This document shows positions 16,755 to 26,340 of a stretch of 32,000 nucleotides of DNA, piece after piece. The stretch's first letter is position 1. Every line of letters starts with the position of its first letter. The notes under the pieces were generated by a model. That model saw only the letters and a list, made by a program, of their open reading frames with translations, had not been told where the DNA came from and did no database searches. The position numbers and the translations under genes are program-made. The DNA lies in contig JAQYWR010000036.1 in NCBI GenBank assembly GCA_029379225.1, forward strand, positions 1,132 through 33,131. Reading direction: 5' to 3'. Source of the DNA: Nostoc sp. S4. GTDB lineage: Bacteria; Cyanobacteriota; Cyanobacteriia; Cyanobacteriales; Nostocaceae.

Positions 16755-16855
16755 GACTGATAAGTTAGTAAACTAAATATTTATTAATACCTTCAACGCT
16801 TCCTAACCCGGTGGGGGCATTGAGCAAAACAGACACAATTAATTGACTCAAAGTT

Positions 16856-18709
16856 ATGGCGCTCATAGTTCAGAAATACGGTGGTACATCTGTCGGTTCA
16901 GTCGAACGCATTCAGGCTGTTGCACAGCGCGTCTACAAAACTGTCAAAGCTGGAAACTCTCTGGTTGTAGTGGTTTCGGCAATGGGCAAAACCACTGATG
17001 GACTAGTCAAACTAGCTAATGAAATTTCGCCAAATCCTAACCGCCGGGAAATGGATATGCTGCTTTCCACTGGCGAACAAGTAACCATTGCCTTACTGAG
17101 TATGGCATTGCAGGAACTCGGACAACCAGCAATTTCTATGACTGGCGCTCAAGTAGGAATTGTTACCGAAGCAGAACACAGCCGCGCTCGGATTTTGCAT
17201 ATTGAAACTACTCGCGTAACTCGCCACCTCACAGCAGGAAAAGTAGTTGTAGTTGCGGGTTTTCAAGGCATATCCAGTGCCGGAGAAATGGAAATTACAA
17301 CTTTGGGACGTGGTGGTTCTGACACTTCAGCAGTAGCACTGGCGGCAGCATTACAAGCAAGTTTCTGTGAAATTTATACAGATGTTCCAGGTATTTTAAC
17401 TACAGACCCCCGCTTAGTTCCCGAAGCTCAGTTGATGGATGCTATCACCTGTAATGAAATGCTGGAACTAGCTAGCTTGGGAGCAAAAGTGTTGCATCCC
17501 CGCGCTGTGGAAATTGCTCGCAACTACGGTGTTCCCCTCGTAGTCAGATCTAGCTGGACAGATGACCCAGGTACTTGGGTAACATCAGCTAAACCCCAAG
17601 GGCGATCGCTAATCAACTTAGAAATTGCCCGTCCAGTAGACCATGTAGAATTTGACACAGACCAAGCAAAGGTCGCTCTACTGCGCGTTCCTGACAAACC
17701 AGGTGTGGCAGCAAGTTTATTTGGGGAAATTGCCCGTCAAAAAGTAGACGTAGATTTGATTATTCAATCAATTCATGAAGGTAACAGTAATGACATTGCT
17801 TTTACTGTTACTACACCAATTTTAAAACGAGCCGAAGCAGTAGCAGCTGCGATCGCCCCAGCCCTGAGGAGTAAATCCAACCCCAAATCTGATGAAGCCG
17901 AGGTAATGGTAGAACAAAAGATTGCTAAAGTCAGCATTGCAGGTGCAGGTATGATTGGGCGTCCTGGTATAGCTGCAAAGATGTTCGCTACCTTAGCCGA
18001 AGCTGGCATAAATATACAGATGATTTCCACCAGCGAAGTTAAAGTCAGCTGCGTAGTAGATGCAGCAGAATCCGATCGCGCCGTTACTGCATTGAGTACA
18101 GCATTTGAAATTGAAGCAAGGGAGCAGGGGAGTAAGGGAACACAGGAAACACGCACCTGTGCCCCTCTGCCCCTCCGCACCTCTGCCCCTGTGCCGAATT
18201 GTCCTCCCGTCCGTGGTGTCGCCCTTGACTTAAACCAAGCGCGTCTTGCTATTCGTCAATTACCAGACCGGCCGGGAATGGCGGCGAAGTTGTTTGGATT
18301 ATTAGCGCGATATAACATCAGCGTTGATATGATTATCCAATCTCAGCGTTGTCGGGTAATTGATGGTATTGCCAGACGGGATATTGCCTTTACAGTCTCG
18401 CGGATGGATGGAGAAAATGCAAAACAACTGCTTACTCAAGTAGCAATAGAATTGGGATGGGGTGAAGTTGTTTTAGATAATGCGATCGCCAAAGTGAGTA
18501 TTGTGGGCGCAGGTATGGTAGGGCAACCAGGTGTTGCCGCTAAAATGTTTGAAGCCTTAGCCCAACAACAAATTAATATTCAAATGATTGCTACTTCAGA
18601 AATCAAAATTAGCTGTGTCGTCGCCCAAGAGCAAGGTGTTAAAGCTTTGCAAGCTATTCATACCGCCTTTGGTCTAGCTGGTAGTGAAAAATTTGTAGTC
18701 CCAGCATAA
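16856..18709 (+). CDS. lysC: Aspartate kinase, long cyanobacterial form with duplicated ACT-domain pairs
   Basis: N-terminus [10 protein letters not shown], with GRGGSDT and [14 protein letters not shown]-type motifs. Two ACT pairs are present (..[20 protein letters not shown].. and ..[20 protein letters not shown]..). Length is 617 aa. Confidence 0.92.
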   Translation: MALIVQKYGGTSVGSVERIQAVAQRVYKTVKAGNSLVVVVSAMGKTTDGLVKLANEISPNPNRREMDMLLSTGEQVTIALLSMALQELGQPAISMTGAQVGIVTEAEHSRARILHIETTRVTRHLTAGKVVVVAGFQGISSAGEMEITTLGRGGSDTSAVALAAALQASFCEIYTDVPGILTTDPRLVPEAQLMDAITCNEMLELASLGAKVLHPRAVEIARNYGVPLVVRSSWTDDPGTWVTSAKPQGRSLINLEIARPVDHVEFDTDQAKVALLRVPDKPGVAASLFGEIARQKVDVDLIIQSIHEGNSNDIAFTVTTPILKRAEAVAAAIAPALRSKSNPKSDEAEVMVEQKIAKVSIAGAGMIGRPGIAAKMFATLAEAGINIQMISTSEVKVSCVVDAAESDRAVTALSTAFEIEAREQGSKGTQETRTCAPLPLRTSAPVPNCPPVRGVALDLNQARLAIRQLPDRPGMAAKLFGLLARYNISVDMIIQSQRCRVIDGIARRDIAFTVSRMDGENAKQLLTQVAIELGWGEVVLDNAIAKVSIVGAGMVGQPGVAAKMFEALAQQQINIQMIATSEIKISCVVAQEQGVKALQAIHTAFGLAGSEKFVVPA

Positions 18710-18717
18710 GTTAATCC

Positions 18718-18750
18718 CAAGTCTTCAACAGACTTGTAGTTTGTGTCTTT
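18718..18750 (+). terminator. Terminator candidate for lysC
   Basis: Stem caagtct / agacttg with a 5-nt loop (18718-18736), followed by tagtttgtgtcttt. It starts 9 nt after the stop codon. Confidence 0.5.
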
Positions 18751-19290
18751 GGGGACTTCTAGAAAATAAATTAACGTGAATGCTCATATATTGTCTGCCC
18801 AATTTACTCAATCAAAAAACCTCTAAGAGGTTTTACTACGCAAAACCGTCCCTCTGCGAATCCCACAGGGACAGACTTGAACTAGAGTTTAAGACAGGGA
18901 GAGGTTTGTCGAACTCACGTTAAATTATCCAATTTATGCGGACTTTCCGGTTCACCCCACAAAATTGAATAATTTATTTCTTGGTAATCCCTCATTCGGC
19001 TTTCTGTGCAATGCCTACTTATTTTTAGATACTATTTTTCTCTCATGGCTATTATTTCGTAAATTTGGCGTTCACCACACCAAACTAAATCAATATCAGT
19101 ATTCAACCTGTAAGATTTTTGTTAACAATAAAAATCTCTAGATTAATGGATTATCAAGAGTTTTACATGCCAAAATAGCATTAATTTTTCTGATAATAAA
19201 TTTATTTTATTTTAAAATTACCAATAATCATACGTATAATACTATCAAAGACTTACAGAAAATATAATCTTATATTTTTTATTTATATTG

Positions 19291-21354
19291 ATGAGTAGTA
19301 AATTTCTGGATGGACGCTACCAAATAATAAAAGTTCTCAATTATCAGGAAAAAATAAAAAACTATCTAGTGGAAGATGTTAATTTTTCTGGTAGTCGATA
19401 TGTAGTTAAGCAGTTACGTTCTACTAGTAACAATCCCCAAAATTTAACAATCCTACGGCATTTGTTTGCCAGTAAGGTAGCAACTTTAGAAAAACTAGGC
19501 CAGGAACATAGCCAAATCCAAAAGCTAGTTGGCTATTTTGAAGAAAATGAAGAATTTTATCTAGTCCAAGAATTTATTGCTGGTAATCCTTTAACTGACG
19601 AAATTTTACCAGGACAACCTCTGAGGGAAGACCAAGTAATCAATCTTTTATCAGAAATCTTAAAAATTTTGGTATCTATACATACTTCTGGTGTAATTCA
19701 TCGAAATATTAAACCAGCAAATATTATTCGCCGAGAGTCAGATAAAAAGTTGGTTTTGGTTGATTTTAGTACTGTTAATGAAGCTGTCAATACTGTTGAT
19801 AATATTGAATATATGCCTGTGGAACAGATTAACGGTAACCTGAAATACAACAGTGATATTTATGCTTTAGGTATAGTTGCGATCGCTGCACTTTTGGGTT
19901 TAACAACAAACGAAATATCTAATTTGCGAAGCCAGAAAAATCGGCTAACAAGTGAAATTATTTGGCCAAATAAAAATTTAAAAATTAATAGAAACTTAAA
20001 AAGAATTATCAATAAAATGGTACGCAATGATTATCGAAAGCGCTACCAGTATGCAACTGAAGTTTTAGACGATTTAAAAAATTTAACAAATCTTGAGCAT
20101 CAGCAAAAGCAATATCAAAAAATAATCATAGTGATGATAGGGATAGCTGGTTGTATAACATTAGGTATTGTTGCATGGTTTTTCCAGTTATCAAAATTTG
20201 AAAATAATCCGCAAAAAAAATTATATCAAGAGGGAGTAAATAAATATGATGAAGGAAATTATGAAGGAGCAGTTAAAGATTTTAATCAGCTGATTGAATT
20301 AGAACCGCAAAATGCTTTGGCATATAATAAGCGAGGCGATGCTTATTATCGATTAGGAGACTATGAACAAGCACAAGCAGACTCTAGTCAAGCGATTTTG
20401 CTCAATCCTCAAGATGCTAATCCTTATTATGACCGAGGATTTGCTTTGTATGAATTAGCCAAATATAAAGAAGCGCTCGCTGACTATACCCAAGCGATTA
20501 AGTTAAATTCTCAGAATGCATACGCTTATTATGGTCGGGGATTAGCCCGCGTTCAGCTTAAGGATCGTAAAGGGGCATTAGGAGATTTTAGCAAAGCGAT
20601 CGCCATCAAACCTGAGTATACGGATGCCTATTTACAACGCGGTATTCTCCGCCGTCGCCTCGAACTCAGACAAGCAGCAATCCAAGATTTTGATGCCATA
20701 ATTAAGATTAATCCTAGTGATGCCAGAGCCTATTATCAAAGGGGTCTAACTCAAGTTATTAACAAGCAAAAATATGCAGCACTGCAAGATTATTCAGATG
20801 CAATTAATATCAATCCCAAATATATAGAAGCTTATTTAACTCGTGGTGATATTTACAGCGATTTAGGAAACCAAATAGAAGCTACTGAAGATTATAATAC
20901 TATTTTAAAGCTCGATCCAAAATTTATTGATGCTTACATTCACCGAGGTATTCACCACTTTTCGTTTGGAGATTATAAAGCTGCTATTGAAGATTATACC
21001 GAAGCAGTGAAACTAAATCCTAATGATGCAGCAGCTTATAATAATCGTGGTAACGCCTATCTCGAATTAGGAAATAAAAAAGCTGCAAATCAAGATTATT
21101 CCCAAGCGATCGCCATTGATAAAAACTATGCCTTAGCCTATTATAATCGGGGTGTAATTCGCGCCAAGCAGAAAAATAAACAGGGAGCGATCGCAGATTT
21201 TCAAAAAGCTGCAAAACTATTTCAACAGCAAGGAGAAAAAGATAGTTATCAAGATGCCTACAGAGAAATTGCAATTCTGCAAAATAAGTCTGCACTAACG
21301 ACAACTACTCGTCCTAAATCTGGAAAAAGAGATAAAAAAGGAACTAGAGACTAG
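19291..21354 (+). CDS. Membrane-spanning Ser/Thr-kinase-like protein (predicted pseudokinase) with about 10 C-terminal TPR repeats
   Basis: The fold matches Hanks-type cyanobacterial kinases: RYQIIK, VVKQL, EFYLVQEFI, VIHRNIKPANII, LVLVDFS, YMPVEQ, SDIYALG. One TM helix follows (IIIVMIGIAGCITLGIVAWFF), then 34-aa TPR units (AxAYxxRGxAYxxLGxYxxAIxDYxxAIxLNP). The ATG at 19291 follows the TTG at 19288. Confidence 0.8.
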   Translation: MSSKFLDGRYQIIKVLNYQEKIKNYLVEDVNFSGSRYVVKQLRSTSNNPQNLTILRHLFASKVATLEKLGQEHSQIQKLVGYFEENEEFYLVQEFIAGNPLTDEILPGQPLREDQVINLLSEILKILVSIHTSGVIHRNIKPANIIRRESDKKLVLVDFSTVNEAVNTVDNIEYMPVEQINGNLKYNSDIYALGIVAIAALLGLTTNEISNLRSQKNRLTSEIIWPNKNLKINRNLKRIINKMVRNDYRKRYQYATEVLDDLKNLTNLEHQQKQYQKIIIVMIGIAGCITLGIVAWFFQLSKFENNPQKKLYQEGVNKYDEGNYEGAVKDFNQLIELEPQNALAYNKRGDAYYRLGDYEQAQADSSQAILLNPQDANPYYDRGFALYELAKYKEALADYTQAIKLNSQNAYAYYGRGLARVQLKDRKGALGDFSKAIAIKPEYTDAYLQRGILRRRLELRQAAIQDFDAIIKINPSDARAYYQRGLTQVINKQKYAALQDYSDAININPKYIEAYLTRGDIYSDLGNQIEATEDYNTILKLDPKFIDAYIHRGIHHFSFGDYKAAIEDYTEAVKLNPNDAAAYNNRGNAYLELGNKKAANQDYSQAIAIDKNYALAYYNRGVIRAKQKNKQGAIADFQKAAKLFQQQGEKDSYQDAYREIAILQNKSALTTTTRPKSGKRDKKGTRD

Positions 21355-21386
21355 TACTGCCGCCTGGAAGTCAAAAGTCAACGATT

Positions 21387-21420
21387 CGACTTTGCTCAGT
21401 GTCAACGGTGAGCAAAGTCG
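21387..21420. repeat. Dispersed hairpin repeat 3' of the kinase-like gene
   Basis: Perfect 12-bp stem cgactttgctca / tgagcaaagtcg with loop gtgtcaacgg. It contains the 18-mer shared with 9297-9314. STRR-like caaatgac modules follow at 21427-21465. Confidence 0.55.
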
Positions 21421-21510
21421 AAGTGTCATTTGTAATCACAAATGACCAGAGACAAATGACCAAAGATAACCATAACGATAATTTTCACAACTGATTTAGG
21501 ATTGCTATAG

Positions 21511-22587
21511 TTAATGAACTGTTCCTCTCAATGATTCCGCATCAACGGGTTTGATTAGGTAAATCTGTAACAGATGCCCAACTATGGAAGCTATCAGAGG
21601 TAATTTTTGGCAGAACTTAATAATTTTTGGGCGATTGTTATTGTTAATCTCTGCTAACTTGAGATTAAGGTCAGAACATTGCTCTAACCGCCGGAAAAAG
21701 TCAGGGTGATTTGTATTCAAAGTCAGAGGAAATGCCCGTGCGGCGGTATTATTTGTCTGTTGAATAACTCTGGTATTATATTCTCGTGGGTCAATACCAA
21801 TGGATTGATAGAATTTTGCCCGTTCAAATACTGTTAAAGTGTGAGTAGTAAACACACTCAACAAAAAGAACCGTACCCACAATCTAGCTTTCCAATTGTT
21901 CCATAATTGGGGTTGCGATCGCAGCAGCGCTTTGAAGAAATCTCCATGTCGATTTTCATCTTGACACCAACTCTCAAACTTCCGAAATAGTGGATAAATT
22001 TGGTGTTCTGGATGTTTTTGCAGATGACGATACACTAAAATGTAGCGCCAATAACCAATTTTTTCAGACAAGTAAACTGCGTAAATAATCCACTCTGGTG
22101 GAAAGAAGGTATAAGTGCGATTTTTGGTTAAATAACTTAAGTCAAGGGAAAGATTAAAATCTGCCATTGACTTATTCAAAAATCCTGCATGGCGTGCTTC
22201 ATCTCGTGCCATAAAATTAAACGCTTCCGCCAGAATCGGATTCCGATTTTTCAAACGGCGCGATAATTCTTTAAATAGCAGAAATCCAGAAAACTCTGAG
22301 GTACAAGAACGTTCCAAAAAGTCAATAAAAGCAAGGCGTGTTTCCCCATCAATACGATCCCAGCATTGGTTAAATTCTTCATCGCGTACAAAATGATGCC
22401 GATTATAATCAGCTCGTAACTCCTCGACAATTGCTCGTAACTCCTCCTCCTGTGGCGAAATATCTAACTGCGCTGCTGCCTCAAAGTCAGTAGTGTAAAG
22501 CCGGGGTGTTAATAATGTTTCCTGAACAGGCGCTTTTATACCTGGCTTCAACAACCCAGGTTCCGGGGTTTCCAGAGACTTAACCAT
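21511..22587 (-). CDS. acsF: Mg-protoporphyrin IX monomethyl ester oxidative cyclase (AcsF/ChlA family)
   Basis: Di-iron carboxylate motifs are present (DEARHAGFLNK and DENRHGDFF), and the overall sequence reads ..TPRLYTTDF..FLERSCTSEFSGFLLFKEL... Length is 358 aa. Confidence 0.92.
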   Translation of the reverse strand: MVKSLETPEPGLLKPGIKAPVQETLLTPRLYTTDFEAAAQLDISPQEEELRAIVEELRADYNRHHFVRDEEFNQCWDRIDGETRLAFIDFLERSCTSEFSGFLLFKELSRRLKNRNPILAEAFNFMARDEARHAGFLNKSMADFNLSLDLSYLTKNRTYTFFPPEWIIYAVYLSEKIGYWRYILVYRHLQKHPEHQIYPLFRKFESWCQDENRHGDFFKALLRSQPQLWNNWKARLWVRFFLLSVFTTHTLTVFERAKFYQSIGIDPREYNTRVIQQTNNTAARAFPLTLNTNHPDFFRRLEQCSDLNLKLAEINNNNRPKIIKFCQKLPLIASIVGHLLQIYLIKPVDAESLRGTVH

Positions 22588-22607
22588 AGGAATCCTTTTA
22601 TTAATTA

Positions 22608-22651
22608 ATGCCTTACAAGTTATATAAACATATATAATTGTTAATAGGCAT
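22608..22651. promoter_or_regulatory. Nested inverted repeat in the acsF 5' region (candidate operator)
   Basis: ATGCCT-N6-TTATATA-N4-TATATAA-N8-AGGCAT, located 21-64 nt upstream of the acsF start codon in the 475-bp divergent intergenic region. No protein binding is known. Confidence 0.3.
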
Positions 22652-23062
22652 CAGTTAAATTATTGAAAGCAAATTGTCAGAAATGAACAGATTGACAGCA
22701 ACTGCTTGTATTCATTTTGCTTAATGAAAATCTGTTAAGTAAGAAACTCAATAAACTATTAGTGGATGCAAGTTATACCTTTTATCATTGGAAGTAGTTA
22801 GAGATAGAAATTGTGTATTCAAACTCCTAACTCCTTAAATCTAAAAAAAATTGAATAACTTAATAGTTATGCAAATATTAATAGTTAAATAATCTTATGA
22901 AAAATAACAATAGCTGGGGTCTACATCGGCAATGGTACTTGCTGGATAGAGTGATGCAGATCCTTTCTAAACCTAGAATAACAATCTTTTAACTCTGGTA
23001 CTGGTAGGCATCGTGAGTAATGACTGCCTGAAAACTTATACTTGTACATCAAGGAAGCAACA

Positions 23063-23779
23063 ATGAGTAGCAATCTCGCCATCAAACTGCGCTCTGGAAC
23101 TCAACAAGCCCACAGTTCAGCGGAAAACGTGGGATTTATGAAATGTTTTCTCAAAGGAGTTGTAGATAGAGACTGCTTCGCTAAGTTCTTAAGTAACTTA
23201 TATTACATCTACAGCGAACTAGAAGCAGCTATAGTAAGCCATGTAGACCATCCTGTGGTTAGTGCAGTTTATTTTCCTGAACTGGATCGCCAAGCTGCGC
23301 TCGAAAAAGACATGATGTTCTATTATGGGGATAATTGGAGAAACAAACTCACCCCCTCATCTGCTGCCCAGACGTACATTGACCGCATTCGGGAAATTTC
23401 TGCTAACGAGCCAGTTTTATTACTAGGTCATGCTTACACTCGCTACATGGGCGACCTCTCTGGGGGTCAAATGCTACAAAAAGTTGCTCAATCAGCCCTG
23501 AAGCTTTCTGGCTACGAAGGCACATCATTCTATAATTTTGAGCAAATTCCTGATAAAAAGGCATTTAAAGATAAGTATCGTCAGGTATTAAATGAACTGC
23601 CTATTGATGATACTACAGCAGAACGAATTGTTGCAGAAGCCAATAATGCCTTTGCCTTAAATTTACGGATGGCTCAAGAACTAGAAGGAAATTTAATCAA
23701 AGCACTCGGTCAAGTCCTGTTTAATAACTTAACTCGCTTTGAGAACCCAGCTAGCACCGAAATTACTGCGGCTAATTAA
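23063..23779 (+). CDS. Heme oxygenase (ho2-like by gene context)
   Basis: LRSGTQQAHSSAENVGFMKCFLKGVVDRDCFAKFLSNLYYIYSELE and LLGHAYTRYMGDLSGGQ are canonical HO motifs. The ATG at 23063 is preceded by AAGGAAG. Confidence 0.9.
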   Translation: MSSNLAIKLRSGTQQAHSSAENVGFMKCFLKGVVDRDCFAKFLSNLYYIYSELEAAIVSHVDHPVVSAVYFPELDRQAALEKDMMFYYGDNWRNKLTPSSAAQTYIDRIREISANEPVLLLGHAYTRYMGDLSGGQMLQKVAQSALKLSGYEGTSFYNFEQIPDKKAFKDKYRQVLNELPIDDTTAERIVAEANNAFALNLRMAQELEGNLIKALGQVLFNNLTRFENPASTEITAAN

Positions 23780-23780
23780 T

Positions 23781-23822
23781 TTTGTCATTTGTTATTTGTC
23801 ATTGGTCATTTGTCATTGGGTA
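23781..23822. repeat. STRR-type heptamer tandem repeat (TTTGTCA/TTGGTCA, six units)
   Basis: tttgtca tttgtta tttgtca ttggtca tttgtca ttgggta. It starts immediately after the heme oxygenase stop codon. Confidence 0.8.
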
Positions 23823-23931
23823 GTTAGTTATTTCTCCCTCATCCCTCCGTTGGTAAATTTCGACTACCGCGAAGTCGAACCACATCTCCCCACCTCCCTA
23901 TTTCCTTACACATTTATTGGAAAGTAACTCA

Positions 23932-25314
23932 ATGGTTTTTCTATTACCTGGTGTCAAATTTGATTTGGATTTGATTCAAAAATATGACACTCGCGCACCC
24001 AGATATACTAGCTACCCACCTGCTACAGAGTTAAACGAAACATTCACCCAAACTGATTTTAAAGCTGCGATCGCCGCCTCGAATCAACGCAAAACTCCTC
24101 TTTCTTTGTATTTCCATATTCCCTTTTGCCAAAGCGCTTGCTACTTCTGTGGCTGTAACACGGTAATTTCTAACAATAAGAATATTGCTAAACCTTATTT
24201 GGAGTATTTAGTTCAAGACATCAAAAACACCGCAGCCTTAATCGATTCACAAAGAAAGGTACTGCAAATTCACTGGGGTGGTGGTACTCCTAACTATTTG
24301 GAACGCGACCAAGTAGAAGTTTTATGGAAAAATATCAATCGTTATTTTACCATCGATCCCCAAGCAGAAATTTCAATTGAAATTAATCCTCGCTACATTG
24401 ATAGAAACTACATTTTATTTCTCAGACGAATTGGATTTAATCGCATTAGTTTTGGAATTCAAGATTTTAATCGTCAAGTTCAAGTAGCTGTGAATCGCGT
24501 CCAGCCTGAAGAAATGTTGTTTGATGTCATGAGTTGGATTAAGGAAGCGGAGTTTGAAAGTGTGAATGTAGACCTAATTTATGGTTTACCTTATCAAACC
24601 TGCCAAACATTTCGGGAAACGATAAAAAAGACTATCGAATTAGACCCTGACCGAATTGTTGTTTTTAATTTTGCTTATGTTCCGTGGCTAAAACCGATAC
24701 AAAAAAATATTCCTCAAGAAGCCTTACCCCCAGCCCAGGAAAAGTTAGACATTTTAAAAATGACTATTGAAGAATTGACGAATAATCAATATCTATTTAT
24801 TGGGATGGATCATTTTGCTAAAAATAATGACGAACTAGCGATCGCTCAACGTAATGGTACTCTCAAGCGTAATTTCCAGGGATATACTACCCACGCAGAA
24901 ACAGAACTTTTTGGTTTTGGTGCCACATCAATCAGTATGCTAGAAGATGCCTATGCTCAAAACCACAAAGAATTAAAGGACTATTATCAGGCTCTTACAG
25001 CAGGTGATTTACCTATTAGTAAAGGTATCAAGCTGACTCAAAATGACATCATCAGACGAGATGCAATCATGTCTATCATGTCTCATTTTCAACTGCATAA
25101 GCAAGATCTAGAAAACAAGTATCATATTAGTTTTGATGAATATTTCTTTGAGGAAGTAGAAGCATTAAAACCACTAGAAGCTGATGGACTGGTGAATTTA
25201 TCAAAAAATTATATTCAAATCACCGACATCGGGAGATTACTAGTAAGAAATATTGCTGTGATTTTTGATAGTCATACAAGAAATCGAAATTCAAAATTCT
25301 CTCGTGCAATTTAA
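23932..25314 (+). CDS. hemN: Oxygen-independent coproporphyrinogen III oxidase (radical SAM, HemN)
   Basis: The CxxxCxxC box is present (FCQSACYFCGC), plus RAPRYTSYP, GGGTPN and GYTT motifs. The likely start is the ATG at 23932. Confidence 0.9.
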   Translation: MVFLLPGVKFDLDLIQKYDTRAPRYTSYPPATELNETFTQTDFKAAIAASNQRKTPLSLYFHIPFCQSACYFCGCNTVISNNKNIAKPYLEYLVQDIKNTAALIDSQRKVLQIHWGGGTPNYLERDQVEVLWKNINRYFTIDPQAEISIEINPRYIDRNYILFLRRIGFNRISFGIQDFNRQVQVAVNRVQPEEMLFDVMSWIKEAEFESVNVDLIYGLPYQTCQTFRETIKKTIELDPDRIVVFNFAYVPWLKPIQKNIPQEALPPAQEKLDILKMTIEELTNNQYLFIGMDHFAKNNDELAIAQRNGTLKRNFQGYTTHAETELFGFGATSISMLEDAYAQNHKELKDYYQALTAGDLPISKGIKLTQNDIIRRDAIMSIMSHFQLHKQDLENKYHISFDEYFFEEVEALKPLEADGLVNLSKNYIQITDIGRLLVRNIAVIFDSHTRNRNSKFSRAI

Positions 25315-25891
25315 AATAGCTACAAAGCTATAGAATTTTATTTGTTAAATTTTGCCTTCTTTAGACTCCTAACTTTTTTACAAAGTTGGGAATCTAATTT
25401 TTCATATTGGTATCAGATATTCAGCTTTTACATAAAAATTATTGGATAAAAATAATTTTATCTAATTGCCAAAATTTAATTAGCAATTATGAGAAGGCAA
25501 ATATTATTGATACATCTCCAAAAAGTTAGATAAAATGATTCCATCTTCAGATAGATACAGGAGAAGATAAATTAATTCAATGATAAGTCTCTATTGAGAG
25601 TAGAATTAGGAAGTAAAACAGGGTTGATATTTTGCTTTGAGAGGAATCGTTGTGTACTTCACTTCGTGTAAATCTGCTGTATCTATCGAGTCTAAATTTA
25701 AATTATTTTTAATTTGACTAAAAAATTTTGTTGAGGTTAATTCCCAAAAAAAATGCTAATATTCGTAAAATATTGAGATTAACTCTTCGATCTAACTTTT
25801 GGATTCAGCATTTATCCCATGTGATAGAAAGAATTGTGAATGAGAGTTGATAAGTTAGATACAGGTCAGCTAGATGAGGTAATTATCAATT

Positions 25892-26178
25892 ATGAGTATT
25901 ATTGCTTGAGTAGTTTTAGGTCTATGGCAGGTGCGATGCCTGCGGTGGGTTAAGCTTGCGCTAAAGCTATTTATCCTAGTTATCAAGGTGGTGGAATTCT
26001 TTCCACAATGATTTTAGGTTTCATTGGTGGTAGTTTGTTTACTTGATTAAAAACTGGAACACTGCAAATTACTTGGGCTGATGCTGGATTAACAATTCCT
26101 GGGATTTTAGTAGCTGTCCTTGGCGCAATCGTTGCCATTTACCTATGGGGACTCATTATAAAGAGTAGTAATGTTTAA
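25892..26178 (+). pseudogene. Decayed GlsB/YeaQ/YmgE-type (transglycosylase-associated) small membrane protein gene
   Basis: It reads MSIIA-TGA-VVLGL, then a 1-nt frame slip, then AGAM, then a 21-nt insert with TAA that carries the dispersed motif gcgatcctgcgg-like gcgatgcctgcgg, then AKAIYPSYQGGGILSTMILGFIGGSLFT-TGA(26044-26046)-LKTGTL..IPGILVAVLGAIVAIYLWGLI. Intact family members read MxIIAWIVLGLIAGAIAKAIYPG.QGGGIL... Confidence 0.6.
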
Positions 26179-26340
26179 TCATTGATTGGTAGTTACTAAT
26201 CATCGAATGACCGATGGGTTTTCTTTGTCTTCTAGTTTAGCATTTGAGAAGGTATGTAATCTCAAATAGGCTCTAGGTAAAAAGACTAGAGATAACAAAT
26301 TAGCCGATCCATTTTTCAAATTTTTGGGAATTTCAGAACT

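Noticed and set aside
17773-21304. Antisense ORFs inside lysC (17773-18180) and inside the kinase-like gene (21020-21304)
   Set aside because: These are shadow frames of strongly supported genes.
23739-23927. 62-aa ORF between heme oxygenase and hemN
   Set aside because: It overlaps the end of the heme oxygenase gene and is translated across the STRR heptamer tract. It is a repeat artefact.
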